Positions 52,479 to 64,000 of a stretch of DNA of 64,000 nt are shown piece after piece. The position numbers and the translations under genes were made by a program. The notes beneath the pieces are model-generated. The model had not been told where the DNA came from. It made no database searches and saw only the letters and a program-made list of their open reading frames with translations. The DNA lies in assembly GCA_963849325.1 (NCBI GenBank), contig CAWKHF010000007.1, positions 32,001-96,000 on the forward strand, written 5' to 3'. Numbering within the stretch: the first letter of the stretch is position 1; each line of letters opens with the position of its first letter. The stretch comes from an uncultured Planctomycetota bacterium. GTDB lineage: Bacteria; Planctomycetota; Planctomycetia; Gemmatales; Gemmataceae.

Positions 52479-53111
52479 CTAGCGGGTGAGTCCGGCGGGA
52501 GGCGACGCCCGTGCGCCGTCCTTGCTCTCCACGTCCAGTTGCTCGATGAGTTCGGCGACTTCCTTGATCGCGGCATCAGGGCCGCTGATAAGGAGGCGAT
52601 TCGTTTGCATCAGGGACAGGATGCGGATGCCGTCGATGTCCAGTTCCTTGAGGATGTGGCCCATCGTGTCCGCACGAGCGTATTTCAGCTTGAACACCTG
52701 CAGGTTCTTGAGCTTGGGCATTGGTTTGCCGTCCGGCGGGTCCAGTACGGCGATGAGAGAGGCCGCCCACTGCAATTGCAAAGACAAACCGCGCATGACG
52801 ATCGACTGCGTGCGTTCATCAACCGTCAAACGATAACAATCGTCCGAATGTGTCCCAAGACCATTTGAGTACGTAGCTCTCGGCCCTGTGTTTCCCGGCG
52901 GACCCAGTAGTCCCTCCAGCGCTTGCCGCACTTCTTCCGGTTTGACGTGCTTGAGGCGGAAGACGCGGCTCTGTTTGGCCGACTGGGCTTTCTCCTTCGG
53001 CTTGGGCGAGACTTCCGCCGATGTCGCGTCGAAGGCCGGGGCCAGGGCCGCCAGCAGCAAGGTCCCGACCAGCAAGCGCTGCCACAATCGTTGCACGGTT
53101 CGCATCGGCAT
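52479..53111 (-). CDS. Secretin N-terminal (NolW-like repeat) domain protein
   Basis: Signal peptide; VFRLKHVKPEEV, VDERTQSIVMRG, VFKLKYARA, TNRLLISG..ELIEQLD. Confidence 0.75.
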   Translation of the reverse strand: MPMRTVQRLWQRLLVGTLLLAALAPAFDATSAEVSPKPKEKAQSAKQSRVFRLKHVKPEEVRQALEGLLGPPGNTGPRATYSNGLGTHSDDCYRLTVDERTQSIVMRGLSLQLQWAASLIAVLDPPDGKPMPKLKNLQVFKLKYARADTMGHILKELDIDGIRILSLMQTNRLLISGPDAAIKEVAELIEQLDVESKDGARASPPAGLTR

Positions 53112-53227
53112 ATCTCCTTCTTGGAGGGACCGGGGCCGCACCCCGGCGGTGGAGAGAATGGCGCCAACCAACAACATAACAACCCGGGGCATTTGCATCA
53201 AACGCGAATGGTCGCAGCCTGGCGGAG

Positions 53228-53521
53228 TCAGGCCGGAGAGGGGGCTGGCGTTCCCGGCGGGCTGGCTGGGGGAGTGAAAGGCGGCTGTCCCGCACCCAGC
53301 ATCTCCGCGCGCGTGACGTGCATGTACCAAACGACGGTCCAGCGATCAATGAGCGTATCCGTGGCGTCGGGGTCGAGCAGGCCGATGACCGCGAAGCGCC
53401 GGCCCGGTAGCACCACTTCTCGACTTCTCACGAGTACCGAGTTGCCATCGCTGAGCAGCAGGCGGAAAGGCACAAACGGCGTGGCGTTGAGCAGGGAGCG
53501 CATATCGTCGGCCGTAAACAT
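53228..53521 (-). CDS. Small hypothetical protein (97 aa)
   Basis: GGAGG RBS; MFTADDMRSLLNATPFVPFRLLLSDG. Confidence 0.7.
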   Translation of the reverse strand: MFTADDMRSLLNATPFVPFRLLLSDGNSVLVRSREVVLPGRRFAVIGLLDPDATDTLIDRWTVVWYMHVTRAEMLGAGQPPFTPPASPPGTPAPSPA

Positions 53522-53665
53522 ATCGCGAACCTCCTCCGTTTTCAGTTTAGCGAACGAGGATCGGCACGTCGATTCCCGCGCGATCCTTGGCTGTCTTTGT
53601 CCCTCCATGTATAGTAAACCGTTGATGGTCCCCAATATCCCGAGCGAGTTGGAGGTCTTGCGACC

Positions 53666-55420
53666 ATGGCCGAGACGAACGCGACACCGCTATCCGGAGC
53701 GACGATCCTGGTTCAGTGCTTGCTGAATCACGGTGTCGATGTCGTCTTCGCCTATCCCGGCGGCGCCAGCATGCCGATCCACCAGGCGTTGACGCAGGTG
53801 CAATCGCGGCTGCGCACCATCCTGCCGCGACACGAGCAGGGCGGCGGTTTCGCGGCCGAGGGATACGCGCGCAGTACCGGCAAGGTCGGCGTATGCGTGG
53901 CCACCAGCGGTCCCGGCGCCACCAACTTCGTCACCTGCCTGGCCGATGCCAAGATGGATTCGGTGCCGCTCGTCGCCATCACCGGACAGGTCGGCACCGC
54001 CGTCATCGGCACCGACGCCTTCCAGGAGACGCCCATCGTCGAGGTATGCCGGGCCGTCACCAAACACCATTATCTGGTGACGCGCACCGAGGATTTGCCG
54101 CGCGTCTTCAAGGAGGCGTTTCACATCGCCCGCACCGGCCGGCCCGGCCCGGTCCTCGTGGACGTGCCCAAGGACTTGCAGCAGCGCGAGATCGTCGTCG
54201 CCGACTGGGATCCGCCCATGAACCTGCCCGGCTACCGTCCCTACCGCCGGGCCACGCGGGCCGAGCTGGAGAAAGTCCTTGACCTCATCCGCCAGAGCCA
54301 GAAGCCGATCATCTACGCCGGCGGTGGCATCGTCAGCAGCGACGCCGCCGTGTATCTGCAAGCCTTCGCCGAGCGCACCGGCATCCCGGTGGCCCTGACG
54401 CTGCTGGGCCTGGGCGGTTTTCCCAGCGAGCATTTCCTGTGCGTGCAGATGCTGGGCATGCACGGCACCATCTACGCCAACTACGCCATCAACGACGCCG
54501 ACCTACTCTTGGCCCTGGGCGTCCGTTTCGACGACCGCGTCACCGGCAAGGTCAGCGAGTTCGCCAAGCACGGCAAGATCGTCCACATCGACATCGATCC
54601 GTCGGAGATCAACAAGAACAAGGTGGCCCACCTGCCCATCTTCGGCGACGTTTGCCACGCCCTGCAAGATCTGCTGAAGATCATGGACGAGCAGGGGTCG
54701 GCGGCGCCGGCCCGCGGCGGCCGCTACGCCGAGTGGATTCGGCAGATCGAGCACTGGCGCGAGACCGAGCCGCTGCGCTACGCCGACCGCGACGACGCCA
54801 TCCTGCCGCAGTACGCCATCGAGCGGATGTGGCAAATCCTCCACGAGCGCGGCCAGCTCGACAACACCATCGTCGCCACCGGCGTCGGCCAGCATCAGAT
54901 GTGGGCGGCGCAATATTTTCATTTCAATACGCCGCGGCACTGGCTCACCAGCGGCGGACTCGGCGCGATGGGCTTCGGCCTGCCCGCCGCCGTCGGGGCA
55001 CAAGCAGCCCATCCCGACAAGACCGTCATCGACATCGACGGCGACGGCAGCTTCCTCATGAACATTCAGGAGTTGGCCTGCGCTTTCACCGAGAAGCTGC
55101 CGGTCAAGGTGCTGCTGTTGAACAACCAGCACCTGGGCATGGTGGTGCAGTGGGAGGACCGCTTCCACGCCGGCAACCGGGCGCACACCTACCTCGGCGC
55201 CGGTCACGGCGAGGAGCCGTATCCCGATTTCGTGACGCTGGCCAAGGGCTTCCGCTGCGGCGCCAACCGCGTCCGCAACAAAGAGGACTTCGACGACGCC
55301 CTCAAGGAAATGCTCGACAGCAAGGGGCCGTACGTACTCGATGTCATGGTGCCCTATCAGGAACACGTTTTGCCGATGATCCCCAGCGGCCGCACGGTGC
55401 GCGACATCATCAAGGCATAA
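53666..55420 (+). CDS. ilvB: Acetolactate synthase large subunit (biosynthetic)
   Basis: [50 protein letters not shown]. Confidence 0.97.
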   Translation: MAETNATPLSGATILVQCLLNHGVDVVFAYPGGASMPIHQALTQVQSRLRTILPRHEQGGGFAAEGYARSTGKVGVCVATSGPGATNFVTCLADAKMDSVPLVAITGQVGTAVIGTDAFQETPIVEVCRAVTKHHYLVTRTEDLPRVFKEAFHIARTGRPGPVLVDVPKDLQQREIVVADWDPPMNLPGYRPYRRATRAELEKVLDLIRQSQKPIIYAGGGIVSSDAAVYLQAFAERTGIPVALTLLGLGGFPSEHFLCVQMLGMHGTIYANYAINDADLLLALGVRFDDRVTGKVSEFAKHGKIVHIDIDPSEINKNKVAHLPIFGDVCHALQDLLKIMDEQGSAAPARGGRYAEWIRQIEHWRETEPLRYADRDDAILPQYAIERMWQILHERGQLDNTIVATGVGQHQMWAAQYFHFNTPRHWLTSGGLGAMGFGLPAAVGAQAAHPDKTVIDIDGDGSFLMNIQELACAFTEKLPVKVLLLNNQHLGMVVQWEDRFHAGNRAHTYLGAGHGEEPYPDFVTLAKGFRCGANRVRNKEDFDDALKEMLDSKGPYVLDVMVPYQEHVLPMIPSGRTVRDIIKA

Positions 55421-55481
55421 GCGCGGGTCCGACCTCCGCAAACCCGGGAAGGGAGGAGTTGTGGGACCCGCGAGGCCGGAA

Positions 55482-57354
55482 ATGTTGGAATCGCCCCCCT
55501 TACCGCCGGCGAAGGAATACGCTCGACGGCTGGAACAACGACGTCTGCCGCACTGTCCGACTGGCCCGACAGGAGCGGTTGGCCGGCAATTCTCGCGTCC
55601 TCGTTTTCCTGATCGGCGTGCTCGTCCTCTTGCTCGCGTTCGGGGCACATTACCTATCCGCTTGGTGGCTGGTACTGCCGGTCCTGATTTACTCCGCCTT
55701 GCTGGTCCACCACGAACGAGTGACACGGGCCTGGCACCGCTCGCGGCGGGCCGTCGCCTTTTACGAGAATGGCCTGGCCCGGCTGAGCGACGACTGGAAA
55801 GGACGCGGCCAGAACGGCGCTCGTTTCCGAGACGATACGCACCCCTACGCCGGCGACCTGGACCTGTTCGGCCCCGGTTCGCTGTTCGAGTTGCTGTGTA
55901 CGGCCCGCACACGCACCGGCGAGGACACCCTGGCCGCCTGGCTGCGCCAGGCCGCGTCGCCGTCGGAGGTCCGCGCTCGTCAGGCCGCCGTCGCCGAATT
56001 GCGTCCGCTGCTCGATCTGCGCGAAGACCTCGCCCTGCTGGGCGGCGACGTGCCGGCCGGCGTCGATTTCGACGGCCTGGCCGCATGGGGGGCCGGTTCC
56101 CCCGTGCTGACGGCGCGGTGGCCGCGCTGGGCGGCGCTGGCCGTCGGTCTGCTCACCACGACCGCCCTCCTCGGCTGGCTCCTGGCGCTGTTCGGCCTGC
56201 TCGATGGCAGCACCCTCTTCGGTCGTTTCTTCCTCCAGGCGCGTTCGCTGCCGTTCGCTATCCTGCTCGTCGTGCAACTGAGCTTCGCCGGCTGGCTGCA
56301 CAAGCGGGTCCATGCCGTGCTCGCTGCCGTTGAGCGCCGCGGCCGCGACCTCGCCCTGCTGTCGAGCGTGCTGGCCCGGCTGGAGCGTTCGACCTTCACG
56401 GCCCCGCGCCTGTGCGAGCTGCGCGCCGCCCTCGACACCTCTGCTCACCCCGGCGCCGGCCGGGCCGTGCCGCCGTCGGAGCGCATCGCCCAGCTGGGCA
56501 ACCTGCTCGATCTGCTCAATTCACGCCGCAATCAGTTGTTCTTGCCGCTGGCCTATCTGCTGATGTGGGGCACGCAGATGGCCCATGCCATCGAGTCGTG
56601 GCGCGGTATCGCCGGCCCGGCCATCGCCCGCTGGCTGGACGTCGTCGGCCAGTTCGAGGCCCTGTGTTCGCTGGCCGCCTACGCCTACGAGAACCCGGAC
56701 GATCCCTTTCCCGAGATCGTGACCGAGGGCGGTCCATGCTACGACGGCGAGCAGCTGGGCCATCCCCTGTTGCCGGAATCGCGCTGCGTGCGCAACGACC
56801 TGCACCTGACGGATGGCCTGCGTCTGCTAATCGTCAGCGGCTCGAACATGTCCGGCAAGAGCACGTTCCTGCGGACGGTGGGCATCAACGCCGTGCTGGC
56901 CCTGGCCGGTGCGCCGGTGCGCGCGCGGCGTCTGCGTCTCTCGCCCCTGGCCGTGGGCGCGACGCTGCGGATCCAAGATTCCCTTCAGGAAGGACGCTCA
57001 CGCTTCTACGCCGAGATCCTGCGCGTGCGGCAGATCGTGGACCTGACGCGCGGCTCGCTGCCGCTTTTGTTCCTGCTCGACGAGATTTTCGCCGGCACCA
57101 ACTCGCACGACCGCCGCCTCGGCGCCGAGGCCGTGGTCCGCGGACTGGTCGAATCCGGGGCGATGGGGCTGGTGACGACGCACGACCTGTCGCTGACGCA
57201 CATCGCCGAGCAGCTTGGCCCTCGCGCCGCCAACGTCCACTTCGCCGATCACTTCGACAACGGCGTCATGACCTTCGACTATCGGCTGCAAGCCGGCGTC
57301 GTTCAGCACAGCAACGCCCTGGCACTGATGCGGGCCGTGGGACTTGAGGTTTAG
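55482..57354 (+). CDS. Membrane-anchored MutS-family ATPase (domain V); indel near the 5' end
   Basis: TM helices; HPYAGDLDLFG, GSNMSGKST, DEIFAGTN, TTHD, FDYRL. Confidence 0.85.
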
Positions 57355-58115
57355 ATCATGGTCCCCACCGTGCCAAGCAGTCGGCCCAGCAGGTTATCCT
57401 GCGGATAGCCGTGACCGAGATGCTGGCGAAAGGCCTCGGCGAAGGCGACGCCGGCCTGCCGGCCGCGCTCGGCGCACCAGTCGCGCATGGATTGCACGTA
57501 ATGATCCATGCCGTGATGCTTGAGCAGCCAGTCGCGCTGGCTGGCGTGGGCGGCGAGCATGGCGGCCTTCGTCTCCACCACGCCGCTGACGTCGATGCGG
57601 AAGGCCGGCTCCACGGGGCGTCCCAGGGCGTCCTTGCCCTCGATGGCATCGCAGTAATACAGGTGCGGGATGGAGGTGAGGACGGGCGGGTGGCCGTGGG
57701 CCGCGAAGAAGTTCGGGATCGGCGCGCCGAAGACGGCGGCCCGCACCAGAGTGGACGTCATCTCGTGGTCGAGCATGTAGTCGGCCGGGCTGTGCGTCAG
57801 GACCATGCGCGGCCGAACCGTGCGCAGCAGGCGGGTGATGCGCTCCAGCGGCCGCTCGTGATAGAAGATCAGCAGGTCGCGTTCTTCCAGGCAATGATAG
57901 GTGCCGCCAAGGACGGCGGCGGCGCGAGCGCCTTCCTCGCGGCGGATACGGGCGATGTCGTCCGGCCCGTGCTCGACCGAGCCGCAATCGCCGGGCGTCA
58001 TGCTGGCGATGTGGACTTGCCAGCCGTGTTCACGCGCCAGGCGGACCAGCGCGCCGGCGCACAGGAACTCGGCGTCGTCGGGGTGGGCCAGCACGCTCAG
58101 GACGACATCGGCCAT
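57351..58115 (-). CDS. PIG-L/LmbE family deacetylase
   Basis: AHPDDAE, RREEG, DYMLDH, HASQ. Confidence 0.92.
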   Translation of the reverse strand: MADVVLSVLAHPDDAEFLCAGALVRLAREHGWQVHIASMTPGDCGSVEHGPDDIARIRREEGARAAAVLGGTYHCLEERDLLIFYHERPLERITRLLRTVRPRMVLTHSPADYMLDHEMTSTLVRAAVFGAPIPNFFAAHGHPPVLTSIPHLYYCDAIEGKDALGRPVEPAFRIDVSGVVETKAAMLAAHASQRDWLLKHHGMDHYVQSMRDWCAERGRQAGVAFAEAFRQHLGHGYPQDNLLGRLLGTVGTMI

Positions 58116-58126
58116 GAAATTACCCT

Positions 58127-58182
58127 ATCCGAGCCTGAAGCGTAAGCGAAGGGCTTCCTTCGCTTACGCTTCAGGCTCGGAT
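58127..58182. repeat. Palindromic element, family A
   Basis: atccgagcctgaagcgtaagcgaagg ... ccttcgcttacgcttcaggctcggat; arm nearly identical to the 7341 copy. Confidence 0.95.
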
Positions 58183-58191
58183 TTCGCCGGT

Positions 58192-60229
58192 TCACCGACT
58201 GGTTTGATTTGGATACAGCCGCTGGAGGATGCGCGTCCGCGTCGTCTCCTCGACCAGCGGAACGCCCTCGTCGTCGGAAATGTCAAACGGCCCGCCCAGG
58301 AGCGGGCTGTTCCAGTCGCCACGGATCACCGGCGACAACCAGGCGGCGAAACCGGCGGGGCAAACGCCCGTGCCGGGAGGGTTCAGCATCGGAACCAGCG
58401 CCAGGCGGGCCGCCTGCGCCTTGTAGCCGTTGCCGCCCAGTTCCGTGTACAAATCGACGTACTTCATCTGGATCTCGCAGGTCTGTTCCTGGATGAGGGA
58501 GTCGCGGCGGAAATCCTTGTTCTTGAGCAGAACTTTGTCGCGCCAGGCCCGCAACGCGCCGGGATCCTCGTATTTCTCCAGCGCTCGGATCGTCCGGTTC
58601 CTCAGACGCAGCGTCTCGGCCTCAAAGAACAGTTTGCGGGCGTGGACGGTCTCTTCCTTGGCCTCGACGAAGGCGCGATTGTAATGGTGAGCGAAGTGGC
58701 TCACCTGGCGGTAAAAGTCGTACCACTTCATGAATTGCCAGGCAAAGAACTCGGCGCGAGTCTCGGCGTCGAGTTCCTCCTCGCGCAGCGACGGCACCGG
58801 CGAAGTCGCGGTCAGGTTGTACTTGGCGGCGAAGACGCGGGCGCGCTGCTGCATGTTCTCCTGCTCGGACAGACCGCCGCTGAAAAGCAGGTGGTTGGCC
58901 TCGCCGTGCGTGCGCCACAACTCATAAGTTTTCTGCCAGGCTTCCAGCCCCCACTTGCGGCCGCCGCCGACGTTGGCCGGCTCGCCGTCGGCAAACTTAT
59001 CGCCCTGTTCGTGGAACCAGTCGGGAATGTCCCAGCCCGATTCGTCGTACCAGCCCTCGGCTTGCAGACGTTCGGCGCTGAAGCGCTGCGCCTGCGCCGG
59101 GTAATCGCGGAAGATGAGCGTCGTCATGTGGCGCGGCAGGCGCTGGCGGACGCGATCAACGATCGGCTGACTGTGGCCGGGCAGTTCGTCCGGCGGCGGC
59201 AGCGGCTCCAGCGAATAGCTGTACCACGCTCGCGAGATCTGGTAGATGTCGTCCTCGTCGCGCAGCTGCGAGTCGGTCGTCAGGGCGTTGGGGTCGAACA
59301 CCTGCTGCGGCGGCTTGGCCACGTGCGGCGGCGGCAGGACGGGGAAGCGTTCGGCCACCGGACGCAGCTTGTCCTGGCGCGGCTGCCACGAGCCGGGCGC
59401 CGACGGCAGGCTGTCCTCCCACAGCGACGGCACGCGGAAATTGTCGGCCAAAAACTGCACCACTTCCTCGGCCCGTCCACAGCGGAATTGCAGCAGGTTG
59501 GCGTGCCGCGTTTCCCATCGGATGCCCTCGCGCAGACGGCGCACCAACTGCGGATGCTTCTTGCAGAAGTCCTCGAACTCCTTGAGGTCCAGCTCCTGCC
59601 GGCCGCCGCGTACCACCTGGAACCGCGCCGGATCGCGTTCGTTGGGCGGGATCATGCTCAGCTGCGACAGCGAACGCAGCGTGTTCGTCTCGTCGCTCTG
59701 GCCGATCTTGTGCTGTCGAGAAGAAGCCGATCGACCAGCGGATGTCGGGGTTGTCGCGGTTCTGCCGTTCGCCCTCGGCCAGCAGCTGGATGCCGCGCGC
59801 GATGTAGAAGTACTTGTCGTTGATGCGGTCGGACTCCACCGACACGTTGTAGGACAGGTTCCAGCTCTGGAAGATCCAGGGCGTGATGAAGTGCGGCTGC
59901 AGCTTGGTCAGCGAGCGGACGTACAATTCCAGCTCGTTCCACTGGTTCTTCTTCTGCGAATCCATGGCGTTGACCCACAGCACGCAGGTGGCCACGCCGC
60001 GCGAGCCGATGGTGCTGAGGCGGACGATGGCCCCGGTCAGATCGACGTCGCCGCGGCTCTGCTCGCGGATGGCCAGGTCGCGGGCCTGGGCGTCCACGCC
60101 CTTGACGTCCATGCCGAAGGCGCGGAACTCGGCGTGACGCCAACTGTACGCCGCCGTGAACAGCACCAGGATCAGGCCCGCGTAGATCAGCTTGCGCTGC
60201 AACGCCTGCTGCTGGAAGGGACTCGCCAT
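58192..60229 (-). CDS. Membrane-anchored helical hypothetical protein (ABC-associated); indel near 59715
   Basis: N-terminal TM segment; GSRGVATCVLW, KLQPHFITPWIFQSWNLSYNVSVE. Confidence 0.7.
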
Positions 60230-60246
60230 GATGGAGGCTCCACAGG

Positions 60247-60309
60247 CCGGCGAGCGGGGGGCGTCAGCCCCCTGTTGTCGAACAGGGGGCTGACGCCCCC
60301 GCTCGCCGG
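60247..60309. repeat. Palindromic element (CCGGCGAGCGGGGG.GTCAGCCCC)
   Basis: ccggcgagcggggggcgtcagccccctgtt ... aacagggggctgacgcccccgctcgccgg. Confidence 0.9.
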
Positions 60310-60314
60310 GACGA

Positions 60315-62219
60315 TTACGTCGGCGCCGCGATTTCGCGCCACTTGATCAGGTAATAAGCCAGGACGACCCACGGCAGCAGATACAGGGCCAGCGTCCCGG
60401 CGTCGAGGAGCAGTTGCGTGGCCGTGATGTTGAAGCCCTCGCCGACGTAGCTGGTCAGGTCATAGCGGTCCACGTCGGGAATGAGTCCAGTCACGCGGCG
60501 GATGAACCAGCGGAAGATCGTGTCGGAACTGGTGGCCACCGTCTTGGCGGCGCTGTCCTCCAGCGGGATAAGGGCGACCTGCCGGTTGGCCAAACGCACC
60601 AGCGCTTCCATCGGGCCGCCGCCGGGGGCCGTGCCCAGGCCGATCGATTGCAGATAGCCCATGACTCCGCCGCCGAGGTACAACATGCCGGCCACCAACA
60701 TGCTGATGACTCCGCTGAGGTAGGTGCTCAGGGCCACCGACAGGCCGATCACCAGGCACAGACGCATCCACAGGCCGAACGCACCCTTGTAGAAGTTCCA
60801 GGTGAAGGCCGCCTTCTCGCTGCCGGCGTAGGGGTCGTCCTGCCGCAAGTAGAGGTCGTACTTGGCCATGCCGACATACTGCGTCGGACTACGGCACGGA
60901 CACGCGCACCTGCAAGGCGGGGAGCGGTCCACTCGGCGACGAACGGGTCGGGGCCGGCTGGTCCTGCAAGGCGTTGCGGAACAGGCCGGCCGGGATGTCG
61001 ATGTACTGCGTGTGATAGTCGGTGACGTCCTTGCCCGGCACCACGAAATAGCCGATACTTCTCGGCCAGCTGGTCGTCGATGTCGGCCTCGGAAGGCCGG
61101 CCCGGCTCGGCCAGGCGCTCGGTGCGTTCCTGGCTATACTGGTCCAGGCGGGACTTGTCGAAGTGGGCCGTCTGGAACTGGAAGCGGCACGTCAGGCCGC
61201 GGTTCTCGAAGCCCTTGGTGGTGCGGTAGATGTCGAAGGTGAATTCGCAGCGAATCGTTTTGCGGTCGGCCAGGGAGCGCGGCAGCGAAGCGAAGTTCCA
61301 GACGGCATAGGGCGTCGGCTGGTTGGGCGCGGCCGTGCTGATGTAGCTGCGATAGTCCCATTCGCGGCCGACGTTGGTGCCCTGGTGCTCGTTGCCGGTG
61401 TTCTCGAAGTGCAAGTCGCCGTAGAGCGGCTCGCGGGCCTTGAGGCTCTCGGCCGCCGCCGCCGGATCGATGCCGCGCAGCACGTAGACCACGCTCAGCG
61501 TTGTCATCAACAGCAGCACCAGCGTCATCAGGGCCGTGAAGCCGAGGAAGCGGCCCAGCAGGATCTCGAAGCGCTCGACCGGCTTGGTGATGATGGTGTG
61601 AATGGTCTGCTGGCGGATGTCGGTGGGGATGCTGAAGGCGGCGATGATGATGGCGGCAACCAGCAGCAGCAACGTCATCGCCCAGTAGACGACACCGACA
61701 TAGGTGCGCACCTGATCTTCCGGCTTGTGCGGGATGAACCAACTGCCGAACAGGAAGACCAGGAGCAGGAAGGAGAAGGCGTAGAGGACGCGGCTGCGGA
61801 TGGCCTCCTTGAAGCTCAGCTGGGTCAGCGCCCAGATGCGGCGGAAGCGCAGCGACGAGAAGTCCGACGACGAAGGGCAGCCCGGCGGCGACCAGGGCGC
61901 CGGCCCCGCCGACCGTCAGGCAAATGGCCGCGAACAGTTGCGGCCCGGTCCGAGTTGGTGGCCAGTACGGCGACGATCACGGCCGCCGAAGGCGAGCAAC
62001 GTAGCCGAGAGCGGACACGGCCACACCGGCGAGGAAAACCTTTTTTGCCAGGCCGGAATGCGTGCCCGGTCCACGCCGCGCATCCGCGTGTAACCGAGCA
62101 GCAGCCACAACAGCACGCCGAACGGCCGCCCACCCGCCCGCGTTCTGAATCCAGTAGACGATCCCGCCGGGAACGTCCTGCAGACGCAGCGGGTCGCGCT
62201 CGAAAACCATCGCAAACAT
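60315..62219 (-). CDS. ABC-2 type exporter permease with large extracytoplasmic loop; indels
   Basis: IWALTQLSFKEAIRSR, SIPTDIRQQTIHTIITKPVERFEILLGRFLG, C-terminal KWREIA. Confidence 0.8.
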
Positions 62220-62236
62220 GACAGGTCTCATCTCGA

Positions 62237-63207
62237 TTATCGGCGTTCCGTGATGCCCGTCGGGCCATCCGCATCGCCCGCGTCCTCGGGACGCTTGAAT
62301 CGATCGGTGCGAGGGACTTCCGGACCCGGCTGGAAGCGCCGGCCCGGATGCGCCTTGCTCTCCTCGACGATGCGCAGGAAGTAGTCTTCCAGCGTCGTCG
62401 TCGGATGGCCGATCGTATCCAGCTTGCCGCCGTGCTTGCGCAGCACCTCTTCGAGGTCGCGGCGCAGCTCGTCGGTCAGCTGCAGGTCGCTGGCCCGCAT
62501 CTCGACGCGCCGATGATCTTGCAGCAGCGTCTGCACTTCGCCGAAGGCCTGCAACTCGCCCTCGTTGAGGATGGCGATGCGGTCGCAAATGTCCTGCACG
62601 TCTTCCAGGCGATGGCTGCACATGATGACCGTCTTGCCCAGGTTGCGCAGGTCGAGGATGAGGTCCTTCATCCAGCGCGCCCCCAGCGGATCGAGGCCGG
62701 AGGTCGGCTCGTCGAGGATGACGAGGTCGGGGTCGTTGATGAGCGCCTGGGCCAGGCCGATGCGCTGCCGCATGCCCTTGGAGTATTCGCGGAGGATGCG
62801 CTTGCGGTCGGCCTTGAGGCCGACCTTCTCGATGAGTTCCTGGGCCTTGGTCTGCCGCTGTCCGGGCGGCATGTTGAAGAGCCGGCCGTAGAAGTCGAGC
62901 GTCTCCTCGGCGTTGAGGAAGCGGTAGAGGTACGATTCCTCGGGCAGATAGCCGATGCGTTCGTTCTTGCGCACGTCGGCGGCGGGCTGGCCGAAGACGA
63001 ACGCTTCGCCGTCGGTGGGGAAGAGCAGGCCGAGCAGCAGCTTGATGGTGGTGGTCTTGCCGGAGCCGTTGGGCCCGAGCAGGCCGAAGATTTCGCCCTG
63101 GCGGATCTCGAGGTTGAGGCGCGGAGGGCGGTCTTCTTCTGCCGGCCCCAGAAGTCGCGGTAGATCTTGGTCAGCTTGCGCGTTTCGACGATCACGTTGG
63201 GGGGCAT
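62237..63207 (-). CDS. ABC transporter ATP-binding protein; indel near 63125
   Basis: [36 protein letters not shown]. Confidence 0.95.
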
Positions 63208-63385
63208 GGCCACCTCGTCAAGTCCGCCGGCGAGTCGGGTTCATCCGCTAGTACGCAGCCCGCGCCGGAAACGTTCGCGGCTTTCGTCCAACTTCTGTCG
63301 GCAGACGGGTCGGCGTCGCAAAGATTAGAAACACTGCCAATTTAGGGATCAGGGTGGGCAAATGCAAGCCGCTGGTGTTCTCTCT

Positions 63386-63409
63386 GTTTCGCCGCGACGC
63401 GCAGCGGAG
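63386..63409 (+). repeat. Single arm of a family B palindrome
   Basis: gtttcgccgcgacgcgcagcggag, with no return arm nearby. Confidence 0.7.
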
Positions 63410-63435
63410 TAAGATGCAGGGGAAAGGAGATTGCC

Positions 63436-63678
63436 ATGATCGAGTTGACCGAACAGCAGTGGCAGCAATTGAGAGCGACCGACACGTCCCGGATTCTGGA
63501 CCCGGCAACGGGGAAGACCTACGTCTTGGTGCCAACGGAGATCTATGAGCGGCTCAAAGGGTTCCTGGAAGATGAACCCGGAGTAACGGGTGAGATGGTG
63601 GACCGATTGATGGAGGAGGAGGACCGAGATGACCCCACCCTGGCGTTTTACCAACAGCAATACGGCCGCAAGTCATGA
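63436..63678 (+). CDS. Small acidic protein, probable antitoxin
   Basis: AAGGAG RBS; 80 aa; acidic C-terminus; ATGA overlap with the downstream toxin. Confidence 0.7.
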   Translation: MIELTEQQWQQLRATDTSRILDPATGKTYVLVPTEIYERLKGFLEDEPGVTGEMVDRLMEEEDRDDPTLAFYQQQYGRKS

Positions 63679-64000
63679 TTCAACGTTGTGACGTCGTCAT
63701 GGTCGAATTCCCCTACACGGATGCGGCACAGTCCAAGGTACGCCCGGCGGTCGTGGTGCTGAACGACCGGGACAACCAGCGGCTTCGCAAGACCGTTGTT
63801 GCCATGATTACGGGCAACCTGCGTCGCCGAGGGGATCCGAGTCATCTCTTCATTGATCCGGCCGTCGAACCATCCTCGGGCCTTCGCTTTCCCTCTCTGG
63901 TCTCCTGCAACAACCTCCTGACGGCGGAACAGATGGACATCCGGCAAACGATTGGCCACCTATCCGATGCCCTCAAGCAGCAACTCAATGCCTGCTTGAA
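63675..64000 (+). CDS. PemK/MazF-family toxin; 3' partial, not in the ORF track
   Basis: MIQRCDVVMVEFPYTDAAQSKVRPAVVVLND...VAMIT...SGL..PS...IGHLSD. Confidence 0.9.
   Translation, partial: MIQRCDVVMVEFPYTDAAQSKVRPAVVVLNDRDNQRLRKTVVAMITGNLRRRGDPSHLFIDPAVEPSSGLRFPSLVSCNNLLTAEQMDIRQTIGHLSDALKQQLNACL

Noticed and set aside
54439-57354. 971-aa ORF suggesting an extended or fused MutS
   Set aside because: Its N-terminal third is an alternate frame of ilvB; the real gene starts near 55482.

Overview
GC-rich bacterial chromosomal window. The gene content (PVC-type dehydrogenase, DUF1080, PEP-CTERM, ThuA, DUF4838) and the style of palindromic repeats point to Planctomycetota, probably Gemmataceae-like; this is inference. 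About 53 CDS, mostly housekeeping or envelope: a cytochrome b/c fusion, a CtaG-4Fe4S fusion, msrA, thiO, pyrB, ilvB, Mrp/ApbC, glycerate kinase and dehydrogenase, a CE15 esterase, an ABC exporter, and a MazF-type TA pair at the right edge. Many genes are broken by single-base indels in patches, most simply explained as long-read consensus error, so they are listed as CDS with approximate ends. No rRNA, tRNA or CRISPR array was seen. The most interesting signals are absent from the ORF track. (1) A histidine kinase/NtrC-type pair is flanked by two sigma54-type promoters; one precedes a roughly 270-nt structured, terminated non-coding unit and the other a 52-aa protein. (2) Two tandem PEP-CTERM genes both appear to start at ATT behind AGGAGG. 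(3) There is a 229-bp miniature ISAs1-like element. (4) Fourteen long intergenic palindromes fall into several families, and a lone half-copy precedes the TA module.
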